Shown here: positions 40,617 through 52,085 of the stretch, piece by piece | How the letters are laid out: the number at the start of each line of letters is the position of its first letter | How positions within the stretch are numbered: the first letter of the stretch is position 1 | Origin: Candidatus Hydrogenedentota bacterium | GTDB lineage: Bacteria > Hydrogenedentota > Hydrogenedentia > Hydrogenedentales > SLHB01 | Reading direction: 5' to 3' | Assembly (NCBI GenBank): GCA_963745075.1 | Contig: CAVUWV010000024.1 | Location: 448,443-512,442, forward strand | Length of the DNA: 64,000 bases | Notes under the pieces: model-generated | What the model saw: only the letters and a program-made list of their open reading frames with translations | What the model was told of the DNA's origin: nothing | The model's database searches: none | Made by a program: the position numbers and the translations under genes

Positions 40617-42440
40617 GTGTCGAGACCTGGTGAACTGGCGCTCGCGGGGCGCCCTTTCAGGACTGTCCTGCATTACAATCGGCGGTATTGGAAAGCGTAC
40701 CTGATCGGTACCTTGCTTGCCGCTGTGTTTGCGCTGATGAATCTGGCCATGCCGTGGGTCATGCAGATCGTGGTGGACGAATTCACAAACGGCACCATGA
40801 CCCAAGGCAAGCTCTGGGGCTATTTTGCCGCGCTGATCGTGCTCGCCATCCTGGTGGGCGTTGCGCGATATTGGGAGCGCACCGTGATGATTCGCGCTTC
40901 GCGCGATTTCGAGTACGATTTGCGCAATGACTTTTTCCAACGTATTCAAACGCTCTCGCAGGACTTCTTTCACCGGACGCAGACCGGCGAGATCATGGCC
41001 CGGGCGACGAACGACCTCAACTACGTCCGCGCGATGATTGGACCCGGGGTCATGGGTACCGTGGATATGTTGCGCCTGCCGTTTACGCTCGCGTTTATGT
41101 TCTACCTCAGCGTCCACCTGACGTTGATTTCCCTCGTACCGTTGCCCTTCGTGTCTTTTGTGGTTTATGCCTTCGTGATGGCGATGCACCGGCAGTCCAA
41201 GCGGGTGCAAGACCAGTTTGGCGTGGTCAGCGCGCGGGCGCAGGAAAACCTTGCCGGCGCGCGGGTCGTGCAGGCCTACGGGATCGCGGACCGGGAACTG
41301 CGGGATTTCAGCCGGGAATCCCGCGGCTACATGTCCGAGAACATCAAGCTCTCGATGATTACGTCGTTCGCCTGGCCGTTCATCAACATGATGGTGGGCG
41401 CCACAATTCTGCTGGTGATTTGGCAAGGCGGAAACATGGTGATAGGCGATGCGCTGGTCCACCGTCCCACGTGGACCGGTGGCCTTTCGATGGAAACAAC
41501 GACGTTTACCCTCGGCGATCTGACCGCTTTTCTTTGGTGCATGTTTCTGTTGGCGTGGCCCCTGGCGGACTTCGGCTGGGTATTGACTCTGTTTCAACGC
41601 GGCGCCGTCAGCATGAACCGGTTGTCGGACTACCTGACGCTGTCGCCGACCATCGACGATTCCGAGGTGACGGATCACGGCATTGACGCTGTGGACGGCG
41701 CGATCCGTTTCGAGAACGTATCATTTTCCTACAACGACCGGGAAGCATTGCGCGACGTTAATCTGCATGTCGAACCCGGGCATACGCTGGCCGTCGTCGG
41801 GCCGACGGGATCGGGAAAATCCACGCTCGTATCTCTTATCACCCGGGAATACGATCCGACGAAGGGCAAGGTGCTGATTGATGATTTTGATGCGAGGCAG
41901 ATTCCGCTGCGCGTCTTGCGCGGGTCAGTTGGCCATGTGCCGCAGGATACGTTTTTGTTCTCGGAATCCATTCGGGAGAACCTGACGCTGGGCCGGCCGG
42001 ATGCGTCTAACTCGGCCATCGATCAGGCGGTGGACGTCGCCCAATTGACGGAAACCGTCGAGGACTTGCCGGAGGGTTACGAGACGTTGCTCGGCGAGCG
42101 CGGCGTAAACCTGTCGGGAGGGCAGAAGCAGCGGCTCGCCATTGCACGGGCCGTCTTGCGCGATCCCGAAATCCTCATTTTGGACGACGCCTTGTCCAGT
42201 GTCGATACCCACACCGAGGAGGAAATCCTGCAACGCCTGAAGACGGTTATGGCGAACCGCACCAGTGTAATTATTTCGCATCGCGTGTCCACCGTACGCC
42301 ACGCCGATCAGATTGTTGTGCTGGACGGCGGGCGCATTTTAGAACGGGGCACCCACGACGAACTCGTTGCGCACGGCGGCCTATACGCCGAGATGTATGA
42401 ACGGCAGCTACTGGAAGACGCGCTGGAGGAGGACGCGTGA
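40617..42440 (+). CDS. ABC exporter permease/ATPase (MdlA-like)
   Basis: TM domain, GPTGSGKST, LSGGQKQR, ILDDALSSVD. Confidence 0.93.
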   Translation: MSRPGELALAGRPFRTVLHYNRRYWKAYLIGTLLAAVFALMNLAMPWVMQIVVDEFTNGTMTQGKLWGYFAALIVLAILVGVARYWERTVMIRASRDFEYDLRNDFFQRIQTLSQDFFHRTQTGEIMARATNDLNYVRAMIGPGVMGTVDMLRLPFTLAFMFYLSVHLTLISLVPLPFVSFVVYAFVMAMHRQSKRVQDQFGVVSARAQENLAGARVVQAYGIADRELRDFSRESRGYMSENIKLSMITSFAWPFINMMVGATILLVIWQGGNMVIGDALVHRPTWTGGLSMETTTFTLGDLTAFLWCMFLLAWPLADFGWVLTLFQRGAVSMNRLSDYLTLSPTIDDSEVTDHGIDAVDGAIRFENVSFSYNDREALRDVNLHVEPGHTLAVVGPTGSGKSTLVSLITREYDPTKGKVLIDDFDARQIPLRVLRGSVGHVPQDTFLFSESIRENLTLGRPDASNSAIDQAVDVAQLTETVEDLPEGYETLLGERGVNLSGGQKQRLAIARAVLRDPEILILDDALSSVDTHTEEEILQRLKTVMANRTSVIISHRVSTVRHADQIVVLDGGRILERGTHDELVAHGGLYAEMYERQLLEDALEEDA

Positions 42441-44333
42441 GTGACGGCTATCACGTAGAAGATGAGGTGCAGCGGCGGTCCTACGACGGCCAGCTCATGC
42501 GGCGGTTGATGACCTACGTGCGTCCCTATCGCAAGGTCGTCGTAGTTGCTGTGTTTTTGTTGCTGCTGGCGGCATTGGCGGGGAACGTCATCCCCTGGTT
42601 GAACATGCGAGCCATCGACGCGAGCATTAACAATCCGGATCGGATCCACGTTGAGAGCGCAATTCAGGCGGCGGGAGGTTCCGTTTCGCCCGAACTGCAG
42701 GCACAACGTGAAGAGCTGGCCACCGCCGATCGGCAGCGGTTGCTCGTCTATATCGGCATGATAGCGGGGTTTATGATCTTGGAGGCGTTGGCGCGCTATA
42801 TACAAATGATCATCGTTGCCATCGTGGGCCAGAAGACCATGTACGAAATGCGGATTGAGATCTTTGACCATCTGCAACGCATGTCGCTGCAATACCTCGA
42901 TCGGAACCCCATCGGCCGCTTGATGACGCGGGTCACGAACGATGTCGAAAAGATCCAGGCGACTATCGTGACGGGAATGGTGCAGGTGGCGAGTGATTTA
43001 CTCACCATCGTCGTGGTCCTGGCATTCATGCTGTGGGTGAACTGGCAATTAACCCTGGTCGTGCTTATTACCGTGCCTTTCGTGTTTGCAACCAGTCTCG
43101 TGTTTCGGAAATACGCGCGCCTGTCGTACCTGGAAATACGCCGGAAGGTCGCCCGGCTGAACGCGTATATGCAGGAGATCGTCAGCGGTATGCGCGTGGT
43201 GCAGTTGTTCGGGCGCGAAGACACAACGTACGAAGCCTATCGATCGCGGAACGCCGATCATCGGGACGAGTGGTTCCGGCAGATTCGCAATTACGCGTTG
43301 TATTTTCCGTTTATCGAGTTTTGGGGCACCTTCGCGCTGGCCCTGATCATTCTTTATCACGGGTCGACCATTCTCGGGTATCAGGTGACCGGCGAGCGGG
43401 CCATCCAGATTGGAACCTTTATCGCGTTTGTTCAGTGGGCGGAGCGGCTGTTCGGTCCGATTCGCGCGCTGGCGGATCGATACAATCTGCTCCTCGAAGC
43501 GATGGCGTCGTCGGAGCGTATCTTTGAACTGTTGGATACGCCGGAGGATATTGTGGACAAGCCGGATGCGCTCAAACCGGATCGCCTGCGCGGGGCGGTA
43601 ACGTTTGAGGACGTTCTGCTTCGAGTACGTTCCGGGACAGCCCGTGCTCAAGGGCATCAATATGACTATCCAGCCCGGCGAACGGGTCGCCATTGTGGGG
43701 CACACCGGCGCCGGCAAGACTACTTTCGTCAATCTGCTGAGCCGGTTTTACGACGTAACGTCGGGGCGTATTTTGGTGGACGGCGTCGACGTGCGCGACT
43801 ACGACAAGACCGAACTCCGCAAACGAATCGGCGTCGTGTTGCAAGACGTGTTCCTCTTTTCGGGCACGGTCGAGCAGAACATTCAGTTGGGCAACCGGGG
43901 ACTGTCGGACGAGCGGCTGCGAGAGTGCGCGCGGCACGTGAACGCAGCGGGTTTCATCGAGCAATTGTCCAACGGGTACCGCTACGGCGTGGGCGAGCGC
44001 GGCTGCAATCTTTCCACGGGACAGCGGCAGCTTCTGGCCTTTGCCCGTGCCCTGGCGCACGATCCGCAGATTTTGATCCTGGACGAGGCGACGTCAAGTG
44101 TGGACACGGCGTCGGAGGTTCTGATCCAGGACGCGATCGTGAAGCTGATGGAAGGGCGCACGTCGATTGTCATCGCCCATCGTCTCTCTACGGTGCAACA
44201 CGCGGACCGCATCATCGTCATGCACCACGGTGAGATTCGCGAAATGGGCACGCACCAGGAACTTCTGGCGCAACGGGGCCTTTATTACACTCTGTATCGC
44301 TTGCAGTACAAGGACCAGGCAAGCGCCGCATAG
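42437..44333 (+). CDS. ABC exporter permease/ATPase (MdlB-like partner; frameshift ~43615)
   Basis: TM domain, [29 protein letters not shown] overlap with the upstream gene. Confidence 0.92.
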
Positions 44334-44377
44334 TATGGACGAACGCCCGCTCGTCGTCCGAGCGCAGGAAATGCGTT

Positions 44378-44950
44378 CTACCTAGTGGCCGCGCTCACAC
44401 AGAGTGAGCCGGTGAGTTTCGGCGGAATCCCGGTTTTCGCGGTCGTCGGCTCGTAATCGACAGACAGCGTTAGCGAAGGACTTGTCTTGAGGACATCACC
44501 CGGAATCTGGATCATTCTTCCGTTGGAGTGTGCGTAGAATTCATCTCCATGGAGACGATCCTCCCAGATAATCTCTCCCAGGGGCCACTCCTCCAAGGGT
44601 CCATTGCAGCTAAGCAAGGCCTTTCCGCTTTCTTCGACAACCTTGAGGGAGAGGGTACCTTTCATGTATCGCCGGTCGTTCTGCTGAGGGAAGACCCAGA
44701 GTGCAATGGTGAGTTCAGTTGGATCTGGATAGCCCGCAACCGTGTACTTCGCGTGAAACGGATCGGACATGTTGAATTTCTCGAAGCGAATACGGAAGCG
44801 TTGTGCGTCGTTGATCGACTCGAATTTGCCGTCGCCCGAGTAGTGAGACGCTAAGCCGCAGCCTGAGACGTACACAGTGGTCAACAGCGTTACGGAAACA
44901 GCCTTGAAGGCGCCTTGAATCAACAGCGTGAGTCTTGAGTTCCTGCACAC
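44378..44950 (-). CDS. Hypothetical lipoprotein
   Basis: Hydrophobic stretch with lipobox-like VSGC. Start codon uncertain. Confidence 0.55.
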   Translation of the reverse strand: MCRNSRLTLLIQGAFKAVSVTLLTTVYVSGCGLASHYSGDGKFESINDAQRFRIRFEKFNMSDPFHAKYTVAGYPDPTELTIALWVFPQQNDRRYMKGTLSLKVVEESGKALLSCNGPLEEWPLGEIIWEDRLHGDEFYAHSNGRMIQIPGDVLKTSPSLTLSVDYEPTTAKTGIPPKLTGSLCVSAATR

Positions 44951-45088
44951 GACATTGTCCTCACTGGGCCTGACGGATATTGTGGCGCAAACCGGTGCGC
45001 GGGCACAAATCTTCGGGTTGATGCCGAGCGCCGCTTTTGTCAATATAGAATGCTTGCTGTCGGTTTGACTCAATCTAGGAGAAACACC

Positions 45089-45958
45089 ATGATTGCCTTA
45101 CTTGCAACGATATGCCTGGCGGCACTTCACGGCGATGCGTTACTGGTTTCCACGGATCAATTGGCGAATGTGAGCGATGTGCTGGTGGTCGACGCGCGAT
45201 CCCCGGAGGCCTATGCCAAGGGGCATATCTCCGGCGCCGTGAATCTGGATGTGGATAACTTGTCGGAGAACAAAGGAGATGTCGCTGGGGTGCTCAAACC
45301 GTTCTCGGTCTTGCGGCGCCTGCTGAGCAAAGCGGGTGTCGATCCGTCAAAGCATCTCGTCGTCTATTCCGGGATGGATTCCGTCGGCGACTTCAAAGCA
45401 GCCACGCGGCTGTTCTGGATACTGGAATATGTGGGATACGAGCGAGTCTCGGTTTTGGACGGCGGTTTTGCGAAGTGGAAAGCCGAAAACCGCGACGTTG
45501 CCAAGGGCGCGCCGGATGTGGAGCCGGTGGATATTCCGAAACTGGAGCCACAACCGGATCGGATCGCCACGTACAAGGAGGTCCAGGAGGCCATCAACAG
45601 CGGCGACGCAACCATTGAAGATCTGCGGTCGCCAGAGTATTTCAGCGGGGAAAAGAAGGCGGACGTTGTGAAGAAAGCCGGGCACATCCCGTCCGCGAAC
45701 AACATGCCAGCCGATGCGTTTCTTTCGGATACGGATCGAACGGTCAAATCTTCGAACGAACTGGACAAATTGACCGAGGATGCGAACGTGAAACCTCAGA
45801 CGCCGGTGATCACCTATTGCAACACGGGGCGGGCGGCAAGCGTGGGCTATTTCATCATGCGCCGAACGGGCCACGACAAGGTTTCCTTGTACGACGGCTC
45901 TATGTCGGAGTGGACCAACAAGCGGAAACCCGTCGAGACGGACACGGAAACGAAGTAG
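45089..45958 (+). CDS. Sulfurtransferase (tandem rhodanese), probably exported
   Basis: VDARS..Y.KGHI.GA, LDGGF..W, GHIPSA.N, YCNTG, LYDGSMSEW. Confidence 0.92.
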   Translation: MIALLATICLAALHGDALLVSTDQLANVSDVLVVDARSPEAYAKGHISGAVNLDVDNLSENKGDVAGVLKPFSVLRRLLSKAGVDPSKHLVVYSGMDSVGDFKAATRLFWILEYVGYERVSVLDGGFAKWKAENRDVAKGAPDVEPVDIPKLEPQPDRIATYKEVQEAINSGDATIEDLRSPEYFSGEKKADVVKKAGHIPSANNMPADAFLSDTDRTVKSSNELDKLTEDANVKPQTPVITYCNTGRAASVGYFIMRRTGHDKVSLYDGSMSEWTNKRKPVETDTETK

Positions 45959-45986
45959 CACTTAACAGCGTTGGAGCGATGACTAT

Positions 45987-47153
45987 ATGAAGTATCGGCG
46001 GTTTGGAAAGACAGAGGTCCAGATTCCCGTTATCAGTTGCGGCGGGATGCGTTTCCAGGAGTCGTGGAACTCGGGCGACGACGTTTCCGAGGAGAGTCAG
46101 CGGAATCTGGAGGCGACGATCAAGCGCGCCTTCGAGCTTGGCATCAATCATTTCGAGACCGCACGGGGCTACGGCACGAGCGAATACCAGCTTGGAAAGA
46201 TCCTGCCCCAGCTCCCGCGGGACGAGATTATCGTGCAAACGAAGGTGGGGGCCTGCGCGAACCCGCAGGAGTTTGTCGACACGTTCAATTACTCGATGAG
46301 TCTGCTGAATCTGGACTACGTCGATCTTTTCGCGATGCATGGGGTCAATAACTTGGAATGCTACGAGTACGTGAAGCGATGCCTCGATGAGGCTTTGAAG
46401 TGGAAAGAGGAAGGCCGTATCCGGCACTTGGGATTCAGCACCCATGACAACTGTGAGGGCATTATCCGGACCATCGAGCTGGAGGCGTTCGAATACGTTA
46501 ATCTCCACTGGTATTACATCTTTCAAGACAACTGGCCCGCGGTGTTGGAAGCGAACAAACGCGACATGGGCGTATTCATCATCAGCCCAAACGAGAAGGG
46601 CGGCTTGCTGTTCAAGGAGAGCGACAAGCTGCGGGAACTCTGCGCGCCGTTACACCCGATGGTATTCAACGGGTTGTTCTGTCTGTCGCGTCCCGAAGTT
46701 CACACCCTGAGCTGTGGCGCGTCAAAGCCGTCGGATTTCGACGTTCATCTGGAAACGGCCGAGTTGAGCGAACAGGCGGCTGGAATCGCCGGACCCATCG
46801 AGAAGCTGCTCGACGAAGAGATGGACCGCGTGCTGGGCAAGGAGTGGGTGGAATTCTGGGACGAAGGGCTTCCGGAATGGAGCGAAACGCCGGGCGAACT
46901 GAATATTCCGTGGATACTGCGTCTGCGGAATCTAGCGCTGGCGTTCGACATGGTCGAGTTCGGGAAGATGCGGTACAATCTGTTTGGCAGCGGCGGGCAC
47001 TGGTTTCCGGGCAAGCAGGTAGAGAATTTGGATCAGCTCGATCTCTCGGAGTGTCTCAAGAACTCGCCCTACCGCGACACGATCCCGGCGATGATTGCCG
47101 AGACGCACGAGATGCTGGTCGGGGAGAAGCGGAAACGATTGCAGGCGGAGTAA
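45987..47153 (+). CDS. Aldo/keto reductase family protein
   Basis: MKYRRFGKT, GINHFETARGYG, IRHLGFSTH. Confidence 0.92.
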   Translation: MKYRRFGKTEVQIPVISCGGMRFQESWNSGDDVSEESQRNLEATIKRAFELGINHFETARGYGTSEYQLGKILPQLPRDEIIVQTKVGACANPQEFVDTFNYSMSLLNLDYVDLFAMHGVNNLECYEYVKRCLDEALKWKEEGRIRHLGFSTHDNCEGIIRTIELEAFEYVNLHWYYIFQDNWPAVLEANKRDMGVFIISPNEKGGLLFKESDKLRELCAPLHPMVFNGLFCLSRPEVHTLSCGASKPSDFDVHLETAELSEQAAGIAGPIEKLLDEEMDRVLGKEWVEFWDEGLPEWSETPGELNIPWILRLRNLALAFDMVEFGKMRYNLFGSGGHWFPGKQVENLDQLDLSECLKNSPYRDTIPAMIAETHEMLVGEKRKRLQAE

Positions 47154-47155
47154 TG

Positions 47156-47887
47156 CTACCGCTTACGCGCGACCGCGAAGATCGAGAGTCCGTAAGGAAG
47201 CGACGTATAGGGTAGTATCGCGCGCTCCAGGGCGAGGCACACCCGGTAGATTGAAGATAGCGGGGAAGGGCGCACCTCGTCAAGATCGGACGCGGGCAGG
47301 GGAAAGGCTTTTCGCCAGAGCCGCACGGCAAGAATCGGCGGAAACAGCACCGTGTTCCAATAGGTCGCCTGCATCACCTCAAATCCGGTGGCGTCGAGAA
47401 TCCGGCAGGTCTCGTCGCGCGTGAATCTCCGATCGGTATAGACGTGCGTGTCGTGTGACGAGTGAAGCCACTGATACGCGGGGAGATTGAGAAACAAGAG
47501 ACCGCCCGATTTCAGGACCCGATGGATCTCGCGCAGCGGGATGTTTTTGTCCGCGATGCTTCGATGACAGAGAACGTCGAACGAGACCGCGGCATCAAAC
47601 AGGCAGTCTGAAAACGGAAGCGATTCGGCGGACGCAGTCGCGGACCTTGCGAGTTCGCGCATCCGGCAGAGTCGGATGGCTTCCGGCGCGGCATCGATTC
47701 CCGTAGCAACGGCGACGTCGGGAAGGGCGTCCAAGGTTGCGCCGGTTCCGCAACCCACGTCCAGCACCGTTGGATGATCGGTGTGGAGATAACGCCTCCA
47801 GTAGAGGTCGAGGACGCCGCGCAGACCCACGTACCACCAGTGGTGGTCTTCCACGCGAAACATGATTTCGTATTCGTCGGTCTTCAC
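47156..47887 (-). CDS. Class I SAM-dependent methyltransferase
   Basis: EDHHWWY, VLDVGCGTG, LWSxHD-like WLHSSHD. GTG start overlaps the upstream stop. Confidence 0.9.
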   Translation of the reverse strand: MKTDEYEIMFRVEDHHWWYVGLRGVLDLYWRRYLHTDHPTVLDVGCGTGATLDALPDVAVATGIDAAPEAIRLCRMRELARSATASAESLPFSDCLFDAAVSFDVLCHRSIADKNIPLREIHRVLKSGGLLFLNLPAYQWLHSSHDTHVYTDRRFTRDETCRILDATGFEVMQATYWNTVLFPPILAVRLWRKAFPLPASDLDEVRPSPLSSIYRVCLALERAILPYTSLPYGLSIFAVARKR

Positions 47888-48981
47888 GAGGTGAACGCGG
47901 CGATGGAGCGTGCGATTTTTGGAACGGCATCCAGCGGCAACTCGGGGTACATCGGCAATGAAAGCACCCGATCGCATGCCGCTTCACTGACGGGAAAATT
48001 TCCCTTCTTGTAGCCGAGTCGCTCATATGCGCGCTGCAAGTGGATTGGAATCGGGTAATGGATGAACGTGCCAATGTCGTTTTGCTTCAAATGTTCCTGT
48101 AGCGCATCGCGTTGCGCTGACTGTATGACAAATAGGTGGTAATTCGACTGCGCCCACTCGGCTTCGACAATGCGATCAACACCGGCGCCCGCCAATGCTG
48201 CGCGATACACTTCAGCCCGGTCGCGGCGTGCGCGATTCCATTCATCCAGATGCCGTAACTTCACGCGAAGAATCGCGGCCTGCATTTCGTCCAGGCGACT
48301 GTTGACGCCCTCGATGCTGTGATGGTATCGGCGCTCTTCGCCGTAATTTCGGAGCATGCGAATCTGCTCCGCCACGTCGTCGCGTGACGTAACGACCGCG
48401 CCGCCGTCGCCGTAAGCGCCGAGGTTCTTGCTCGGGTAGAAGCTGAAGGCGGCCGCATCGCCGAAGGACCCGCATTGGCGGTCCTTGTAGAGCGAGCCGT
48501 GCGCTTGCGCGCAGTCCTCGACAACGTACAGATCGTGCTTGCACGCGATATCGATAATCGCGTCCATGTCACAGGGGTGACCGTATAGATGCACGGGCAC
48601 GACGGCACGGGTTTTGTCGGTGATGGCGGACCGAAGCGATTCGGGGTCCATCGTCAGCGTTTGCGGGTGCACGTCAGTCAGCACCGGAGTCGCGCCGCTC
48701 GCTACGATTCCGCACAGCGTCGGAACGCAGGTGTTGGGTACGGTGATTACTTCATCTCCAGGGCCGATACCCAACGCGCGCAGGGCCAGATGGATGGCGT
48801 CCGTTCCGGACGCGACACCCAAGGCATGGGACTCTCCGAGGTAGGTCGCGAACGCTCGTTCGAATTCCCTCACCTGCTCGCCGAGGATGAACCAGCCGCT
48901 GTCGAGGACCGTATCGATCGCCGCGCGGATTTCCTGCTCGATGCCGGAGAACTGGGTCTTGAGTTCGACGTAGGGGATCAT
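47884..48981 (-). CDS. DegT/DnrJ/EryC1/StrS aminotransferase
   Basis: SGTDA, PVHLYG, EDCAQAHG, FSFYPSKNLGAYGDGG, NSRLDEMQAA. Confidence 0.95.
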   Translation of the reverse strand: MIPYVELKTQFSGIEQEIRAAIDTVLDSGWFILGEQVREFERAFATYLGESHALGVASGTDAIHLALRALGIGPGDEVITVPNTCVPTLCGIVASGATPVLTDVHPQTLTMDPESLRSAITDKTRAVVPVHLYGHPCDMDAIIDIACKHDLYVVEDCAQAHGSLYKDRQCGSFGDAAAFSFYPSKNLGAYGDGGAVVTSRDDVAEQIRMLRNYGEERRYHHSIEGVNSRLDEMQAAILRVKLRHLDEWNRARRDRAEVYRAALAGAGVDRIVEAEWAQSNYHLFVIQSAQRDALQEHLKQNDIGTFIHYPIPIHLQRAYERLGYKKGNFPVSEAACDRVLSLPMYPELPLDAVPKIARSIAAFTS

Positions 48982-49739
48982 GCCGTTTCCACCTGTTTGC
49001 GCCGCGCAAGTTTGTGCAGAACGACTTCCCGAAGCCATAGACCGCCGAGGTTCCACGCGACCCGTATCAGCCGGGGGAAATTGAAAAACTGAGACTTGCC
49101 ATGGGCGCGCTGGAAGTGGTGGACGGGCACCTCGACGAATCGGAATCCAGCCCGGTGAAACTTCGTCATCATCTCGCAACAGATGACGCCGCTGTCGCTG
49201 GTAAGTTTTACGGTGTCGAAGACCGTGCGGCGGATCAGCCGGAAATCGCAATCCGTATCGCGAACGGGCAGTCCAAAAGCGATTTTGACGATCCAGTGGT
49301 AGATGCGGCCGATAACGATGCGATGCAGGGGATCGTGGCGCTGAATCTTGTAACCCTGCACGATGTCCACGTCGGGCCCGGCCTTCTCCACGAGCACCGC
49401 GAGTTCGCGCACGTCGTATTGGGCGTCGCCGTCGGTGTAGAAGATCCATTCCTTCGTGCCTGATGCAAACCCGGTCCGCAGGGCGCCACCGTACCCGAGA
49501 TTCTTCTCGTGCCGCACGACGTTGACCTGTGGAAAGGACCTTAATATTTCCGCGAGCAATTCCTGGGTATGGTCGTCGCTGCCGTCATCGACGATGGTGA
49601 AATCGTAGTCGAGCCGCAGCGCTTCGGCGGTTTGGATGGTGAAGAGCACCATGCTGCCCATCGTGCCCCAGTCCTGGTAACACGGGTAGAAGATGGAGAC
49701 GGATGGCTTCTGGGGCTGCGATTCGCTGGTCGCCGTCAT
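48978..49739 (-). CDS. GT2 glycosyltransferase (polyprenol-phosphate sugar synthase-like)
   Basis: IVDDGSDD, NLGYGGALRTG, YTDGDAQY, DTDCDFRL. Confidence 0.93.
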   Translation of the reverse strand: MTATSESQPQKPSVSIFYPCYQDWGTMGSMVLFTIQTAEALRLDYDFTIVDDGSDDHTQELLAEILRSFPQVNVVRHEKNLGYGGALRTGFASGTKEWIFYTDGDAQYDVRELAVLVEKAGPDVDIVQGYKIQRHDPLHRIVIGRIYHWIVKIAFGLPVRDTDCDFRLIRRTVFDTVKLTSDSGVICCEMMTKFHRAGFRFVEVPVHHFQRAHGKSQFFNFPRLIRVAWNLGGLWLREVVLHKLARRKQVETA

Positions 49740-51458
49740 GGGGATTCCTTTAGCACCACGTACCGGCCGAAACGTTCGACCGGTTCGGTATCATTCAATA
49801 GCATTTCCTGACTCGTGGAGTCCACGATGACGAGCGCGTGGCCGGTCAACGCCTCCGATTTCGCGGGGATGCGCTTCACGTCGCGTCCGGCTAGGAAGTT
49901 CATCGTGCGTTCCACCGGGTAGAACGTCGTCGAAATGGATTGGTCCGGCGGCAGGTCGCGGACGTAATCGGCCAAGGCATATTCGTCGGCCATATCGTTA
50001 CGGCCATAGATGCCCCGCAGTTCGGACCACGTGTTCATGGCATACGGGCCAATCACCAGGACTGCGAGCAGGGCGCAGGCGTATCGGGCGGTGGGTCGCG
50101 TTGATTGGCGTACGCCGCGAACGAGCATCCAAGCCAGGGGACCGGTGAACATTGCAGCAATGACGATGGTGTACCACAGATACCGGGGGATGTTACCGGT
50201 TGTGAAGAATATCCACCAGTACGCGATAAACGGCGCGAATAGAAACAGGACCGCTGCCGACGGGATCGTAACGCCGGTAGAAGACGACCGGACCGGCCGC
50301 AATCATGGCGATCACCGAGACGAGCAGCGTCAACGGGTAGTTTAGAATCCAGCCGAGCGTCCGGCGCACCGGGTCGAGGCCGAACATAAGGTTGTGCCGG
50401 TACATGCTCAAATACCCTGCGGTCACGTCCGGGTTGTCGGGGCGGTAGACCCGTTGGATGCCGAGCCAGACCGCGACTAGCAAAACCACAAAAGCCGCGG
50501 GCACGACGATGTGTATGACGCGAATCTTGCGGAAGGTGATCCGGTCGTATACGAGTGCGCCGAGAAATGCCCAGGCAACAAAGACCATAAAGAACTTGGT
50601 CGCTACCATGAGTCCAAAACAGAGACCGGCCAGCGCGGCGTTCGCGAAGACGTGCTTGCCATAAATCGATCCGCGCCAGCACCATAACCCGGTTACGAGA
50701 AGAAGCATCGCCGGGACCTCGCCGTAAAGCGTTCGGCCGAGATACGCGGAGCCCACCGCCATCGCCGCGAGCACCACAGCCGTGATAGCGGCGGAAGTCC
50801 CGAATAAGGGACGGGAGAGGAGGTAGACGGTATAGCACAGCAAGAGAAAGAACGCCGGCATTACAATGCGTCCAGCGAATAACGAGACACCGCCCAGTTT
50901 CAACGACAAGGCCACCGGCAGGATGACCGGGGGCCCCACGGAGTCGTAGTCGTCGAACCACTCGAATCCTGTGTCTGGATGGCCGGACCCGTACACGCCG
51001 AACTCGGCTATGTTGCGCGCTACGATGAGGTGATGGGATTCGTCCGGTTCGATGTGGGGATAGGTGCCGAGAAAAGGCACCACGATCGCGGCAACGGCAA
51101 CCAGCGCGAGTGCCAGCGCCAGCGGTTGTCCCCGTACGTCGGTGGGGGTCTCGGATTTGGTGCTGTCCTCGAGCCGTTGCCACGCGCGCGCTTGCATGCG
51201 AATCCAGCGGAAGGCGACCGCGGTCAATGCGGCGAAGAGGAGTCCCTTTACGAGCAGGCGGGTGGCCAGCCCTGGATCGTCGTCGACGCCCCAGTGCAGC
51301 AACGAACCCCACAGTACCAGCGACGCGGTAGCCGTGAATCCCGAACAGATGAACGTGACGATCCAGAATAGCGTGTGCAGCAGCCAACGTATTCGCGGCG
51401 CCTTAGGGGATACGGCGCCCGGCTGCGCATCGTCCGAACCTGCCGAAATATCTACCAC
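49736..51458 (-). CDS. ArnT/PMT-like GT-C membrane glycosyltransferase (frameshift ~50260)
   Basis: DE..H...ARN motif, multiple TMs, LYGEVPA, ATKF. Confidence 0.75.
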
Positions 51459-51715
51459 CTCAAGCCCCCACCATCCACGTTGCTCCTGATTACGAACGAG
51501 TATACCGCTCGCGCCGCCAGACGGACAAACACGCCCGTAAGGGCAGGTTATCCTGAGCGGGGACCTCCATCGAGGTTGTTGGAGGCGAGAACGGTCGAGC
51601 ATGGTCGCGACATCGTATCGCTTCGTAATTGTAATCGAAGAAGTTCCCGCAGTATGAAACGGGGTTCGCGAATTTTAACGGTGATCTGAATGCACTCAAG
51701 GTATTCATCAAGACA

Positions 51716-51860
51716 TCCGATTGCGATTGCGATTACGATTAGGATTGCGACTACGATTACGACATACGATTACGATTACGACTACGATTACGACTACGAT
51801 TACGAATGCGATTACGAATGCGATTACGAATGCGAATGCGATTACGATTGCGATTGCGAC
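51716..51860. repeat. Degenerate hexanucleotide microsatellite (CGATTA/CGACTA/CGAATG)n
   Basis: About 23 tandem 6-mers read directly from the sequence. Confidence 0.93.
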
Positions 51861-52085
51861 AAAGGCAAGCCACGGCTATTGGTACAAAGCCACTTACAGG
51901 ATCCTGCTCTTAGAGCGCACGCGAAGGATCTTTCGTGGTGTTGATCCTGGTGCTATGAGATCCTTCGCTGGCGCTCAGGACGACGGCCTGGTCCCATGGT
52001 CGTTACGTGTTTGCGTGGTTGTGCATGTCTCCGGGACTTGCTATCGTGTAGCGTTCCGAGCGAAGTATGAGAAAGGAGCGAAAGG

